The notes under the pieces are model-generated. The model was not told the DNA's origin. It worked only from the letters and a program-made list of their open reading frames with translations, and ran no database searches. Of a stretch of DNA of 64,000 nucleotides, positions 30,752 through 41,184 are shown one piece after another. Numbering within the stretch: position 1 is the first letter of the stretch; the number at the start of each line of letters is the position of its first letter. A program made the position numbers and the translations under genes. Location of the stretch: assembly GCA_049515895.1 (NCBI GenBank), contig JBEKTQ010000015.1:25436-89435 (forward strand), in the 5' to 3' direction. The stretch comes from Candidatus Bathyarchaeia archaeon (GTDB lineage: Archaea > Thermoproteota > Bathyarchaeia > Bathyarchaeales > Bathycorpusculaceae).

Positions 30752-30959
30752 TTCTGTTTAAGCCGCCATTTTGCGTTCGATTAACCCTTAGCATGAGTTA
30801 ACCCTAAAAAGACTTTTGGTAATGAGGACGGAAGGACAAACCAAATATCTTTAGCGGTTTCAGAATATTTTTGAAAACAAGGTAAAACTTTGCAGTTTAG
30901 ACTATTAGACTGGGGTCGAACCCAAGTTTGAAAAAGCAAAGCGCTAAAACGCGTTGGAT

Positions 30960-31628
30960 TTAAGATTTAGGTTTTATGCAAAGCAGCTGAAACGCCGTAG
31001 TCGGACATTTATATACAAATGGATCGGACAACCTAGAAAGCAAACTTCCAAGAACTTCAGGCTTGATGGTAGCTGAACCACTTTCTCCCCTAAGTCCTAG
31101 AAGACCATCTATGCCGAAAACGACATAACCGCTTTTGGACATTTCTTGCACTGTCCAACCACACTTGTGAATTTGCAAAGGATTATCATCTTCAAGGTGA
31201 CATTTAGGATTGAAACCGTTTGGAGTCGAAATTATTACTTTTTTCTTAGAAATTCTTTCCATGTCCTCAATTAGCTGCTTCGCTTGAGGCTTCGTTAGGT
31301 GCTCTATAACGTCGAAAGCAGCTACACAATCAAAGGAATTATCTTTCAAAGGCAGATAGGTCAAATCTGCAAGAATATAATCCTCAAAGTAACCGGTTTT
31401 TTTATTTAACCTTAGACTGGGAACATGTCTGTCGATTCCAATAGTACGTTTGTTGCGGACATGTTTTGCGGCTGGAGATCTGACACCACAACCAAGCTCA
31501 ATGAAACTATTACAATTAACAAGCTCACTTTTTAGTTTAGATTCCAGAAAACTATTGAATTTTTGCTTGTAAAACCGTATCAAGCGATGCTGAAAACTTC
31601 TGGCATGACTTTGTGGATGGTCTTCCAA
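30960..31628 (-). CDS. Class I SAM-dependent methyltransferase
   Basis: IELGCG, LPLKDNSFDCV, DVIEHL, STPNG, HKCGW. Confidence 0.82.
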   Translation of the reverse strand: MEDHPQSHARSFQHRLIRFYKQKFNSFLESKLKSELVNCNSFIELGCGVRSPAAKHVRNKRTIGIDRHVPSLRLNKKTGYFEDYILADLTYLPLKDNSFDCVAAFDVIEHLTKPQAKQLIEDMERISKKKVIISTPNGFNPKCHLEDDNPLQIHKCGWTVQEMSKSGYVVFGIDGLLGLRGESGSATIKPEVLGSLLSRLSDPFVYKCPTTAFQLLCIKPKS

Positions 31629-31637
31629 ATCTTTTTT

Positions 31638-34457
31638 TCAACGCCTCTTTTTCATATTTGTACCCCTTAGAATTCCTAGGATTTCCTCTCTGTTAATATA
31701 GACATATAATGCGCAAATAGCTGCAGTGGCAGATATTGATATTACCGCGGCATAATAGAACCAAAGTTGAGGTTCATACTCAAGTGTTATATAAAATTGA
31801 CCTGTTTTTTCAATTACAAGCCCTTGAAGGCCAAGATACAAAGCAGTAGAGGTAACTTGCTTACCGTCTGCATAAGCAACCCAGGATTTATCAAACGCTT
31901 GAGTGGTTGCGAGAATGAAGGGTTGACTTGCATTCACCGTTACTATTATTTTTGTGGGGTTTAGGTTTTGTACATTCAAGATTGTTGCAGTTTGGTTTTG
32001 GAGGGTATCATTGAAAAGATTGCCAAGTCCAGCAGTGTTTAATACATGAATGAAACCAGTTACGCTAACGTTTTGCAACCATAAGGTGGATTGAGAAGCT
32101 AGGGTAGCATTAAGACCAAACCAAACTTGTATTCTGAGATATTCAGCATTTGAGAATCGCGAAAATGTAAAAGATTTAGGGGTCAATGGAAAAGTCCCAT
32201 TGTTCACTGTCACCACTGAAGCGTTATTTATGACGCCCATATTTGAATCATACTGTACCATGCATATTTGAACATCAATAGCATTTTGTCCCGTCACAGT
32301 AGCATTAATCGCATAATTGGTGGCTTTCTGAGTAGGCAAAAGAGGAGATTCGATTTCTTCCAAATACGCAGTGGAACTTGAAAGCTCCGTTTTAAGGTAA
32401 TTATCATCTTGACTTACTATTCCCGCACTTTGCATTTGACGCATACTTTGGTTAGAATATATTGTAGCCTGCCAATCTTGAACAGCAGCATCGGAACTAA
32501 AGTTCCAGTTCTCTTCAAAAATTGTTTTATTTTCTATTGCGATGTCTGATTGCTGTAATGATGACGGCGATATCACGTACAAAGAGGGCGTAGCCTCAGC
32601 ATACTCGTAAATATTCAACTCCCCAAATCTTTCAACTAAACGAAGATAAGGCTGCTCAGCAAAGAAAGCCTGCACTTCAGCAGGAGACATTATATCTGTA
32701 TAGTTATAGTTAGGAGGCTGTTCAATTGAGAAAGTCTGCTCATTGGCAGGCGTTATATCTGTAAAGTTATATTCATCTCTACCCGTAAAATTATAGTAAA
32801 CATCATTGCGTTGCAAAATATATTGAACACCAAGCAAATCCAACAACGCCTTGAACTCAAGTGGATTATTGTAAACCATTGTATAATTTAATTCTTCAAG
32901 AATAGCAGCGGTATCATTATTGATTTTATAACCATTGAGAGAATCCGTTGAAACAAGTGGTTTATCAATCAAACTATCTATCAATTGATCAGTGCCATAA
33001 TACCCTGAAGCCCAATTGTAAGGCATCTGATAAAAATCATCAAGAGGCGTGATCAGAACCTTCCCGTCGCCTTGCTGACTGTTAATCCAGTTAGTTGCTT
33101 GAAGCCAATAATCAGGAATTTTAACATACGAAGAGAAAGGCAGTTTCGAAGTGTAAGTTTCAATTGGCCCGTAAGTCCCATTAGGCGCGTGTGCGATAAA
33201 AATTAACGGATAAACAGCTGCAACAAACATCAATAGCACCAAAAATACGATCAAACCCTTAGTGAACCGAAAATTAAATCTTTTAATCTTAGCGTTCGCA
33301 AGATTTCCGACAGAGTACCCAACAAGCAAAGCCAAAAATGGCATCATCAACAACGTAAACTTAGATGTAGGTTCTCTAAACATGCTCATCAAAGAGATAT
33401 GTTGGTAAATCCACAAATCATTAATCGACCCATTCAAACCCTTTGCAAAGAACAATAAAACAAGAATTGCCCCCATTACATATGCGTTAAAACGCGATTT
33501 TTCACCTTTAAAAAGCAAAGCAGAGGCAGCAACAAGAAAAGGAGCAAAAACCAAAATTACTAAAACGGGATTCGAGTAAATGCTAAGTGTATTTGCTGGA
33601 ACATAATCAGATAACCAACCCCAAAAACCATTCAACCAAAACAAATTCAAGAAAGACGCTCGTTCAGTGGTCCAGCTCCAAGCAGTAGCACTAATTGAGG
33701 AACTAAAGGCTTGAGATGAAAGGAAATAATAGTTTAGAATTGGAATTATCCACCACAAATTAATTGGGATTGCTAAACCTGCAATTTTGCCAAACGAAAT
33801 GAGAAGTTGACGTAAATGTTTTCTAAACTTAACCAAGTAATATACAACAAAAATGCAAAGTCCAAAAGCCATCAACGCTAAATTTGCAGGATTTATACTT
33901 GCAAAAGAAAAAGCCACCACAGAGATTAACGCAAAATAAATAATATTTCGGTTGGCTTTTTTGTTATCTTTCTGATAGGTTGCGTTTACAATTTTGACAA
34001 ACAAAACCAACAAAAGAGGAAGGAAAGCGTAAATCCATATAAATCCTATATTGCGTCTGTTGTCAAGTGCAAAAAAATTAAACATGTAAAAAAAACCAGC
34101 GGCAAAGCCAGCGAATTTAAGTTCTGGGTAAACTGTCTTCGAAAAATAATACATGGAAAACCCCCCTATCATAAACAGAAAAGTTTGGAAAATAATCTGA
34201 ACGTAGCCTACACTCAATCCTAAGTAAACTAAAAAGGTACTAGGATATTGATAAAGTGCGTAAGCCGGTGTTGGAGTTGCGGAACCAAGAAAAGCATTTG
34301 ACCACAAAAATGTCCCTGTTCTAAAAGAGTTTGAAGGGTTCAAAAAGATAGGAAAATCATCGCCGTTACTAATAATATATCCGGATCTTAACCAAAGAAG
34401 TGGAACTAATCCTGCAATGAAGAGAAGAATTAATTCAATTGCAGTAGTCTTATTCAT
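31638..34457 (-). CDS. GT-C-like membrane glycosyltransferase (DUF3367/AftD-like, YfhO-like C-terminus)
   Basis: Many TMs, NLWWIIP, MFREPTSKF, VKIPDYW, GVQYILQRND, FDKSW-AY, YEPQ + final TM. Confidence 0.65.
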   Translation of the reverse strand: MNKTTAIELILLFIAGLVPLLWLRSGYIISNGDDFPIFLNPSNSFRTGTFLWSNAFLGSATPTPAYALYQYPSTFLVYLGLSVGYVQIIFQTFLFMIGGFSMYYFSKTVYPELKFAGFAAGFFYMFNFFALDNRRNIGFIWIYAFLPLLLVLFVKIVNATYQKDNKKANRNIIYFALISVVAFSFASINPANLALMAFGLCIFVVYYLVKFRKHLRQLLISFGKIAGLAIPINLWWIIPILNYYFLSSQAFSSSISATAWSWTTERASFLNLFWLNGFWGWLSDYVPANTLSIYSNPVLVILVFAPFLVAASALLFKGEKSRFNAYVMGAILVLLFFAKGLNGSINDLWIYQHISLMSMFREPTSKFTLLMMPFLALLVGYSVGNLANAKIKRFNFRFTKGLIVFLVLLMFVAAVYPLIFIAHAPNGTYGPIETYTSKLPFSSYVKIPDYWLQATNWINSQQGDGKVLITPLDDFYQMPYNWASGYYGTDQLIDSLIDKPLVSTDSLNGYKINNDTAAILEELNYTMVYNNPLEFKALLDLLGVQYILQRNDVYYNFTGRDEYNFTDITPANEQTFSIEQPPNYNYTDIMSPAEVQAFFAEQPYLRLVERFGELNIYEYAEATPSLYVISPSSLQQSDIAIENKTIFEENWNFSSDAAVQDWQATIYSNQSMRQMQSAGIVSQDDNYLKTELSSSTAYLEEIESPLLPTQKATNYAINATVTGQNAIDVQICMVQYDSNMGVINNASVVTVNNGTFPLTPKSFTFSRFSNAEYLRIQVWFGLNATLASQSTLWLQNVSVTGFIHVLNTAGLGNLFNDTLQNQTATILNVQNLNPTKIIVTVNASQPFILATTQAFDKSWVAYADGKQVTSTALYLGLQGLVIEKTGQFYITLEYEPQLWFYYAAVISISATAAICALYVYINREEILGILRGTNMKKRR

Positions 34458-34589
34458 TGATTAGAGTCCAGCCGCCATTACACTGATTGACCTGTTTTTA
34501 TTACCATTTCTCTATAAGAAGGTTAAGCTTTGTATAAATTAAGAAACAAATGTGAATAAAAAGGAGATTATTAATAAATTATTTTTCCA

Positions 34590-35618
34590 TCATGAAACGA
34601 CGAAATTTGGCACTCCGATAGTCCTGAAAACATTTAATTTACAGTAGCCCTTCATCATTTTTTTCACGATTTCTCGGTCGCTAATTTTTCTTATCTGTTG
34701 AACTGCAGCCCGATAACGAAAGGTGTCTGGAAGAGATTTAAAATTCCAAAAAATCGCTTTTAATATATTTTGAGAAGTGTTTGGTTTAAGAACGCACATC
34801 CAAAAAACAGATTCAAAAATAAGTAGAGCAACGTAAAGGGGAACGGTTTTAAACATATTTGATAAATCATAGTTTTTTATGAGGGTCCGCAAAGTGTTTC
34901 TTTCCCTAAGAAAGACTCGCCTAACATTTGTTTCATAGCTTGTTGTCTTGATAACGCCGCCTAGAATGCTTGCACCACTCGCATGATAGATTTTGGCAGT
35001 TTTGTTCACCGTTATTTTGTACCCTGCCAGTTGCACGCGCCAACATAAATCAAGGTCCTCTGCAAACATGAAATATTTTTCATCGAAAAAACCAATCTTT
35101 CTTAAGAGTTCTGCTTTAATCATCATCGCGCAACCAGATACAAAAAAAACACTCACATTATCTAAAGAACTTTTTACCGCTAATGGATAACCAAACCTAT
35201 CTATCCCAACGCCTATTTCTTGTATTGAACTATTATTTTTTAGATCAAATACAGCCGGACCTAAAATACCAATCGAGCCATCACTATCAGCAGTACCAAT
35301 CAGCTTTTCAAGCAGGTCCTTCTCTACGGAAGTGTCGTTATTGAGCAGAAATACATAATCAGCTTTCCGACTAAGAGCAAATTCGATGGCTAAATTGTTT
35401 CCTTTTGCAAATCCAAAATTCTTAACAGTCTGCAAAAGCGTAATGTTCGGAAAATTCTTGCTCACGAAATCCGCCGAATCATCAGTTGAAGCATTGTCAT
35501 AAACAACTATTCTGCAATTAGTATAAGTCTGCAGTTCAAGTGAAGAGAGACACGCCTTTAGATATTCCACACCGTTATAATTGAGGACAATAACGTAAAC
35601 AAGAGGAGTGCTAGTCAT
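34590..35618 (-). CDS. Glycosyltransferase family 2
   Basis: IVLNYNG, DNASTD, LLNNDT, EDLDLCWR. Confidence 0.9.
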   Translation of the reverse strand: MTSTPLVYVIVLNYNGVEYLKACLSSLELQTYTNCRIVVYDNASTDDSADFVSKNFPNITLLQTVKNFGFAKGNNLAIEFALSRKADYVFLLNNDTSVEKDLLEKLIGTADSDGSIGILGPAVFDLKNNSSIQEIGVGIDRFGYPLAVKSSLDNVSVFFVSGCAMMIKAELLRKIGFFDEKYFMFAEDLDLCWRVQLAGYKITVNKTAKIYHASGASILGGVIKTTSYETNVRRVFLRERNTLRTLIKNYDLSNMFKTVPLYVALLIFESVFWMCVLKPNTSQNILKAIFWNFKSLPDTFRYRAAVQQIRKISDREIVKKMMKGYCKLNVFRTIGVPNFVVS

Positions 35619-36702
35619 TGGTTATCCGCTTCAGGAATTCGTCAGCCGTCTTCTCCCAAGAGAATTGTTTAGAATAATTCAAGGCATTATTACTTAACCG
35701 TTCTCTAAGGGAGCTATCCCCTAATATTCTTAGTGTTTTGTCTGCAAGATCCTCAATATTGCCGGTCTCCGCCAGCAAACCTGTTTCCGAATTAATTATG
35801 CTATCGCAAAGTCCAGGCACATCATAAGCGACCGCGGGTACCCCTAGCGCGTTAGCTTCAATGACATTTAGGCCCCAGCCTTCTCGTAATCCTGGAACCA
35901 CTAGAACCCAACCCTTTTTCATTAACTCCCTTCGCTCAGCATTATCCAAGTTTCCAAGAAAACTGATCCCCTTCTCGGAAATGCGTTCAAGCGTGCGTCG
36001 AAATGGTCCATCACCGAAAACCCACAATTCAGAATCAGACAAATGGTCTTTCACTATCTTAAACGCTTTGAGTGCGTGATCAGGTCGCTTAGCTCGTTTC
36101 AAACGACCTGAGAAAACCACAACTGGCTTAGAATCTTTCTCGGGTAAACAATCCAAAGGCTTAAAATTCAAACCCTGAGGAACAACAGAAACGCGTTTAA
36201 ACCCCAAATTTGTCAGGTCTTTACGTGTGCTCTCGGAAACTGTTACTGTAGGCACGTCAACATACTGTTTTAGCCAACGATTCTCAAGAAAATGATAACC
36301 CAAGTAACTAATTGGAAAAGGCATTTCATAAAACCAGTACTCTCGAGCCAACTGATGAATTAAAGCCACAACTTTCTCGTTATTTTTTATGAATTTTGGC
36401 GCAAAAAAAGGGACAGTATTAATCTCATCAATGACTACGTCAAATTTTTGTGCTTTAAATCGTTTAGCGTAATTTTTTTTGGCTGCCTGATAAACAGTTA
36501 ATCTTCCGCCTGCTCTAACAATCTCTATTCCATCGAGAAAATCTTCTCTCTTGCTACCAGGAAATTGGGAAGTAAACAAGCTAACTTCGTGACCTGATGC
36601 AACCCAGCGTTTTGCAACTTCGTGGGTAAAAACTTCAGCTCCGCCCATGTCGGGGTTAAGCCAACAACGCCAATTAAGCCAAAGGATCTTCAAACTTTCC
36701 AT
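35611..36702 (-). CDS. Glycosyltransferase family 4
   Basis: NWRCWLNPDMGGAE, GRLKRAK, EGWGLNVIEANALG. Confidence 0.92.
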   Translation of the reverse strand: MESLKILWLNWRCWLNPDMGGAEVFTHEVAKRWVASGHEVSLFTSQFPGSKREDFLDGIEIVRAGGRLTVYQAAKKNYAKRFKAQKFDVVIDEINTVPFFAPKFIKNNEKVVALIHQLAREYWFYEMPFPISYLGYHFLENRWLKQYVDVPTVTVSESTRKDLTNLGFKRVSVVPQGLNFKPLDCLPEKDSKPVVVFSGRLKRAKRPDHALKAFKIVKDHLSDSELWVFGDGPFRRTLERISEKGISFLGNLDNAERRELMKKGWVLVVPGLREGWGLNVIEANALGVPAVAYDVPGLCDSIINSETGLLAETGNIEDLADKTLRILGDSSLRERLSNNALNYSKQFSWEKTADEFLKRITND

Positions 36703-36718
36703 TCACTTCACTATATAA

Positions 36719-37471
36719 CTAGAAACTGCGTTTCGGACCTTTTGTAACGGAAGTTTGCCGTTGATACCATCGAATCACTCTAAGCCTGTAAGCTATTCCA
36801 AGCAAATCGAGAAACATGTGCCACATCTCTTTTGGCTTGAACTCAGCATCTAACTTGATATTTACAGGCATCTCAACAACTTTTAGACCATAAAGATTCG
36901 CGACCGCCAGCAACTCAACGTCGAAAGCATAACGCTTGACAGCCAATCTGGGAAAAATGTCGATAAACGCACTTTTCTTCATTGCTTTGAGCCCAGACTG
37001 GGTATCTTTAAGAGGCAACCCAGTAAGAAAACGAACCAAGCCATTGAAGACTTCGCTCAAAATTCGTCGAGACACCGGCACTTCTACTTGGGAATCAACA
37101 TGCCGTTTAGAAGCTATAACAATGTCACCTTGCTTTAAAGCTTCAAGATATTCTGAAATAGTTCCTAAGTCGATGTCCATATCGCCATCAGTAAAAATCA
37201 CGACGCTCCCACTAGTCTGCATAAAACCAGTCTTCACAGCATACCCTTTCCCCACGTTCTCTTTGTAACTCAACACTTTAACGTGACCGTTTCTCCCAGC
37301 GTACTTCCTCGCTATTGCCAAAGTGCAGTCTTTACTCCCGTCATCAACGACGACAATTTCATACGGCAAATTCTTACGCTTGAAAACAGCGTCTATGGTT
37401 CCGAGGGTGTCTTCGATGAAAAGTTCTTCATTGTAAGCTGGAATCACAAATGACAGTTCAACTTGCTCCAT
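36719..37471 (-). CDS. Dolichyl-phosphate glycosyltransferase (GT2, Alg5/DPM-like)
   Basis: IPAYNEE, DDGSKD, NVGKG, DGDMD, DTQSGLK, AFDVELL. Confidence 0.88.
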   Translation of the reverse strand: MEQVELSFVIPAYNEELFIEDTLGTIDAVFKRKNLPYEIVVVDDGSKDCTLAIARKYAGRNGHVKVLSYKENVGKGYAVKTGFMQTSGSVVIFTDGDMDIDLGTISEYLEALKQGDIVIASKRHVDSQVEVPVSRRILSEVFNGLVRFLTGLPLKDTQSGLKAMKKSAFIDIFPRLAVKRYAFDVELLAVANLYGLKVVEMPVNIKLDAEFKPKEMWHMFLDLLGIAYRLRVIRWYQRQTSVTKGPKRSF

Positions 37472-37744
37472 CTAAAGCAACTCCGTTTTTTTTCCTTTAT
37501 TTTTACTTTTGCAAGCAAGTTGTAAAATGACTCCAGCAGCCAAAGCAAAATAGGCCAAATCCGCTGCATTGGAAGCCCATGCTGATCCTACGGCCAAAAG
37601 AACAGCGGCGGCAAATAAGAGCGCCATAAATCCCGCGATGAATGGGTAACCCCAATCTCCCTTAGACCATTCGCTAAACTTAACGTAAATGTTGGAGAGG
37701 TATTCTCTTTTTGTCATCACGAGTGTTGTCGTTGACATTAGCAT
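37472..37744 (-). CDS. Small two-TM membrane protein
   Basis: Hydrophobic ORF abutting the GT2 start; WGYPFIAGFM, LAYFALAAGVILQL. Confidence 0.6.
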   Translation of the reverse strand: MLMSTTTLVMTKREYLSNIYVKFSEWSKGDWGYPFIAGFMALLFAAAVLLAVGSAWASNAADLAYFALAAGVILQLACKSKNKGKKTELL

Positions 37745-37880
37745 TTTAATCGGATTTAACGTTTACCCTTAATTACTCCCACATCATCCATACTTAATGA
37801 GTAGCAGTATGCCTGCTAGCTGATGTGCTGAAAACATTCTCCCGGATGTTTGAGAGCATCTGACTTTCACCTTACATCAA

Positions 37881-39392
37881 CTAATTTGAAGCATATTTGT
37901 AAATAGCAATTTCGCCACTATGGTAGATTTCATGAAATGATGACGACACAGTTGGTTGCCCATACCATCCTTTTCCATTTACCCACCATATTAGATATAT
38001 TTGTGTGTGTCCTTCTTGGACAATTCTCATTGCGGCAGTAGCTGGATCCTCAAAGCCGTAGTATCTAACCTGATTCACATTTAGAGTTAGCAATGCCCAA
38101 CCGTAAAAGGCGGTGTGAGTGAGCAAAAGTGCACTGCTATTTACGTTCTCTTTGAACCATTGAAGGACGTTGACTGTACTTTGACAGTCGGCAGCCGATA
38201 TAGTGTTCTGCAGCATTGAGGTTGGAATTTGGCTAAGATAAGCATTGAATTGCTTTGGATCAAAGTACGCCAAGGGTTGTTGTGATGTCATAAATATAAA
38301 GCCAAGACTCAGAACAGTCGTTGACAAGACAAGATATAAAACTGCAATTCTCTGCAAGGTGAATATGGAGCGCTTCCATCTAATTGTTTTCAGCCTGCTC
38401 AGGCTTTCTGTCGCGTAGAATGCAATTGGATACACGAGCATCAATAACCAACGGTAAGGACTCACGGAAGTCGGTATCAACAGTAAAATCAAGCTCAAAA
38501 GAAGCCAAGATCTGAGTTGCAGGTTTCCAAATTGCTTGAAACTTATCGCCATCAAAGGCAACAAAGGCAAGAAACAGTACAAGAAAAAACCTGCTTCGTT
38601 GATCAACATAGACTGGTAGGAAGCAAAGCCGGTCCAACTGACTAAAGGTGACGTAACATTCGAGTAACCAAGGATGCCGGATACTGAAGTACTAATGAAG
38701 TAAACGATGACAAAATAAAGTGCCGCAGGTAATGAAGCCACCGTCAAATTAAGTGCTTGGTTATAGCGTTTATGAAACAGGTTAGGAACGATGGTAAATA
38801 TCATAACACCTAACATGATTACAGCCCCAATTTGATCAGATAAAACAACTAATAACATAGCCGAAGCAAGCAAAACATAACGTTTCCAGGAACCGTTTTT
38901 TTGGTTGACAAGGAGCATCAAGACAACAAAAAAGAAAACCAAACTAAACTCTACCCGAAGTTGATCCCAAGAGGCTCTCAAAGCCACAAAATAAACCGTT
39001 CCTAAAACAGCAACAAATGTGCTTTTAACAAGAGACCAACTCAATCCTCGCTTTGCAAAAAAAAACATCGATAATCCTAAGAAGCCCAGGAGCAAAGGAG
39101 AAATTATCTTAATCAAAAAGACGGGTGATGCCCCAGCACTAACTAGCGACATGTATATCGAGTAGAAGAGTGGAGCAATTGAAAGAAAATTCCACAAGTT
39201 TATCCCGTTGTGCAACCACAACAAGGTGTTTGGAACATAAAACGCCAAGGTATCGAACCCAATTATGTAAGGGCCTATTAAAATCTCAGGTATCGTCCTT
39301 ATGGCTACAGGTATTATAAATGCGAGAAACGGAAAAATTACAAAGCGATGTTCGCTAATCCATCTTTTTATTGAGTTAGTAACCAGAGTCAC
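37881..39392 (-). CDS. Multi-pass membrane protein, GT-C-like
   Basis: IGFDT-FY loop after TM1, about 12 TMs, RWLLML, soluble C-terminal domain. Confidence 0.55.
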   Translation of the reverse strand: MTLVTNSIKRWISEHRFVIFPFLAFIIPVAIRTIPEILIGPYIIGFDTLAFYVPNTLLWLHNGINLWNFLSIAPLFYSIYMSLVSAGASPVFLIKIISPLLLGFLGLSMFFFAKRGLSWSLVKSTFVAVLGTVYFVALRASWDQLRVEFSLVFFFVVLMLLVNQKNGSWKRYVLLASAMLLVVLSDQIGAVIMLGVMIFTIVPNLFHKRYNQALNLTVASLPAALYFVIVYFISTSVSGILGYSNVTSPLVSWTGFASYQSMLINEAGFFLYCFLPLLPLMAISFKQFGNLQLRSWLLLSLILLLIPTSVSPYRWLLMLVYPIAFYATESLSRLKTIRWKRSIFTLQRIAVLYLVLSTTVLSLGFIFMTSQQPLAYFDPKQFNAYLSQIPTSMLQNTISAADCQSTVNVLQWFKENVNSSALLLTHTAFYGWALLTLNVNQVRYYGFEDPATAAMRIVQEGHTQIYLIWWVNGKGWYGQPTVSSSFHEIYHSGEIAIYKYASN

Positions 39393-39494
39393 TCTTCACT
39401 CTCCAGCTCTCCAAGGCACCCAAGCACGGATTTAAGTGTATTAAACTTTGAATTCGAACCTAAATGCCTTATGCTTGGGAAGACGGCTGAAGAA

Positions 39495-41054
39495 TCAGCT
39501 GTCAGGGTTATTCTGAATATAGTAAAGGGCAGCGTCAAGAATCAAACTATTCGTGTCACTCCCAGGACTCCCAGCGTCTAAAGACTTGCCGGTATCCATG
39601 CCGTCAAAGTAACCATTTGTGGGAGTAGGAAGGGCTTGCTCAAGACTAGTGACCATACTTCTGGCAAAAGTTGTGTTGTAGAGAGCCAAGAATCCAAAGG
39701 CCACTTTATAGAAAATAACAGGATTCATGCCGTTGTAATAGTACATTGACGAGTTAGTTATTTGCCATGTACTGCCGTTAGGCGCAACCACCCACTCGTA
39801 AACGTAGCCGTTACCTGGGCTGCTTCCTTCACTGAAGGCCGCGTAAGAGCCCGTCGCTTCGTAGTAAGCTTCCGAAGCCTGATAGACCTCCTTTATTAAA
39901 CTCGTTAATTCTGGGTGGCTATTGTTTAGTTCAAAAATTGACATAAGAAGCGGCTCGCAAGTGATTGGAGTATCAGGCAATGTGATATTATAGGTCGAAA
40001 TAGTTGAAGAATTAGATATGTTTGTCATTATCTGATTTGGAATATTGTCTTGCTGAGGCCAAAAGCTTTCAAAACCGGTCCAGCAATAATAGGCATAAAG
40101 ACTGTTTGAACCTGAATTGTTTTTGATTATTGGCAACAGAGAAGCGTAGTTTGACCTATTTTGATTAACGTTCCAAACAAGGCTGTCTATTCGCGTAGTC
40201 AAACTAGAGTTGTAATTTATGAGGTTGCTAAGTGCAACAAGCAACTTACCCGTATCAACAACGTCAACACCGTCTGAGGCGTAAGTTGAATTCTCCAGAT
40301 AGCCTTTGCCATTCGTTGCGTCGTAGAACCAGAAAGGCCAGCCAGTGGTATTGTTAAGAGGTCGATTTTCCAAGAAACTTAAAACCATGTTTAACCTATT
40401 GTCGGAGCCCCAGGTCCCGTTTGTAGGGATCACACCTATTTCCTGCGCATCGATAACAGCTTGAATGTATGCTCCTAAATCCCAGTCAGTAAAAGCTTTG
40501 AAGCCGGTGCCTCCAGCATAGGGAAGCCCAGTAACTTGGTCCACGCCGACTCCAGGCTTGAAAAAGGCCCAAGCATTCTCGGCCACCTCTGTCCAAACAG
40601 TGGTGTTCATGCCTTGACTGCTTTCGATCAAGCCCGGCGGCTTAGGTTGAGTGTCAGCTTGTACCGCCCCGTTTATACCACTTATTATTCGAATTATATT
40701 GGGAAGCGGAGAGCTCTTGGGTTTGGGGTGAGCAGTTGGCGATGGAGTAGTAGTCGAGTTGTTGTTTTGCGGAAGGATAACGTTAGCTTTAGGATTGCTT
40801 TTCAAAGAGAGAAATGTAAAACATGAAATTAGGATTACAGCTATAATCCCGAGCGCTAAGATGTACTTTTTTTTGCGCCCGATCCGCCAATTTATCGCCT
40901 TTGTAAAACCTTTTTCTGGCTCTGCCTCGAGAGTCCTATGTAAGGAAACACGTAGAGGTTTCAGAATGGAGCTAATTTTTCCGCATTTAACCAATTTTAT
41001 ATCATCACGACAAGATCTGCTGTTTGAAGGTAGTGCTAATCCTTTGATGAGCAA
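39495..41054 (-). CDS. Membrane-anchored DUF3131-family protein (putative glucan hydrolase/transglycosylase); real start probably downstream of 41054
   Basis: TM anchor, Pro/Thr/Asn linker, AWAFF, TDWDLGAYIQAVIDAQEIG, DTGKLLVAL, AFSEG, TNSLIL; many N-x-S/T sequons. Confidence 0.65.
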   Translation of the reverse strand: MLIKGLALPSNSRSCRDDIKLVKCGKISSILKPLRVSLHRTLEAEPEKGFTKAINWRIGRKKKYILALGIIAVILISCFTFLSLKSNPKANVILPQNNNSTTTPSPTAHPKPKSSPLPNIIRIISGINGAVQADTQPKPPGLIESSQGMNTTVWTEVAENAWAFFKPGVGVDQVTGLPYAGGTGFKAFTDWDLGAYIQAVIDAQEIGVIPTNGTWGSDNRLNMVLSFLENRPLNNTTGWPFWFYDATNGKGYLENSTYASDGVDVVDTGKLLVALSNLINYNSSLTTRIDSLVWNVNQNRSNYASLLPIIKNNSGSNSLYAYYCWTGFESFWPQQDNIPNQIMTNISNSSTISTYNITLPDTPITCEPLLMSIFELNNSHPELTSLIKEVYQASEAYYEATGSYAAFSEGSSPGNGYVYEWVVAPNGSTWQITNSSMYYYNGMNPVIFYKVAFGFLALYNTTFARSMVTSLEQALPTPTNGYFDGMDTGKSLDAGSPGSDTNSLILDAALYYIQNNPDS

Positions 41055-41184
41055 ACCACACTTTTTGCAGCAAACATCAAGCCATTTAGGCTTAAGTGCA
41101 ATTTAAAATTATAGGTAAAAAACGCTCGCGTATCTGCATTATTTTTAAGCAATCATTATTATTTTGATGTATCTTAAGCACTTG

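Noticed and set aside
30910-30925. GGGGTCGAACCC resembling a tRNA T-arm or att site
   Set aside because: No D-arm, anticodon or acceptor stem can be folded, and no second copy was seen.
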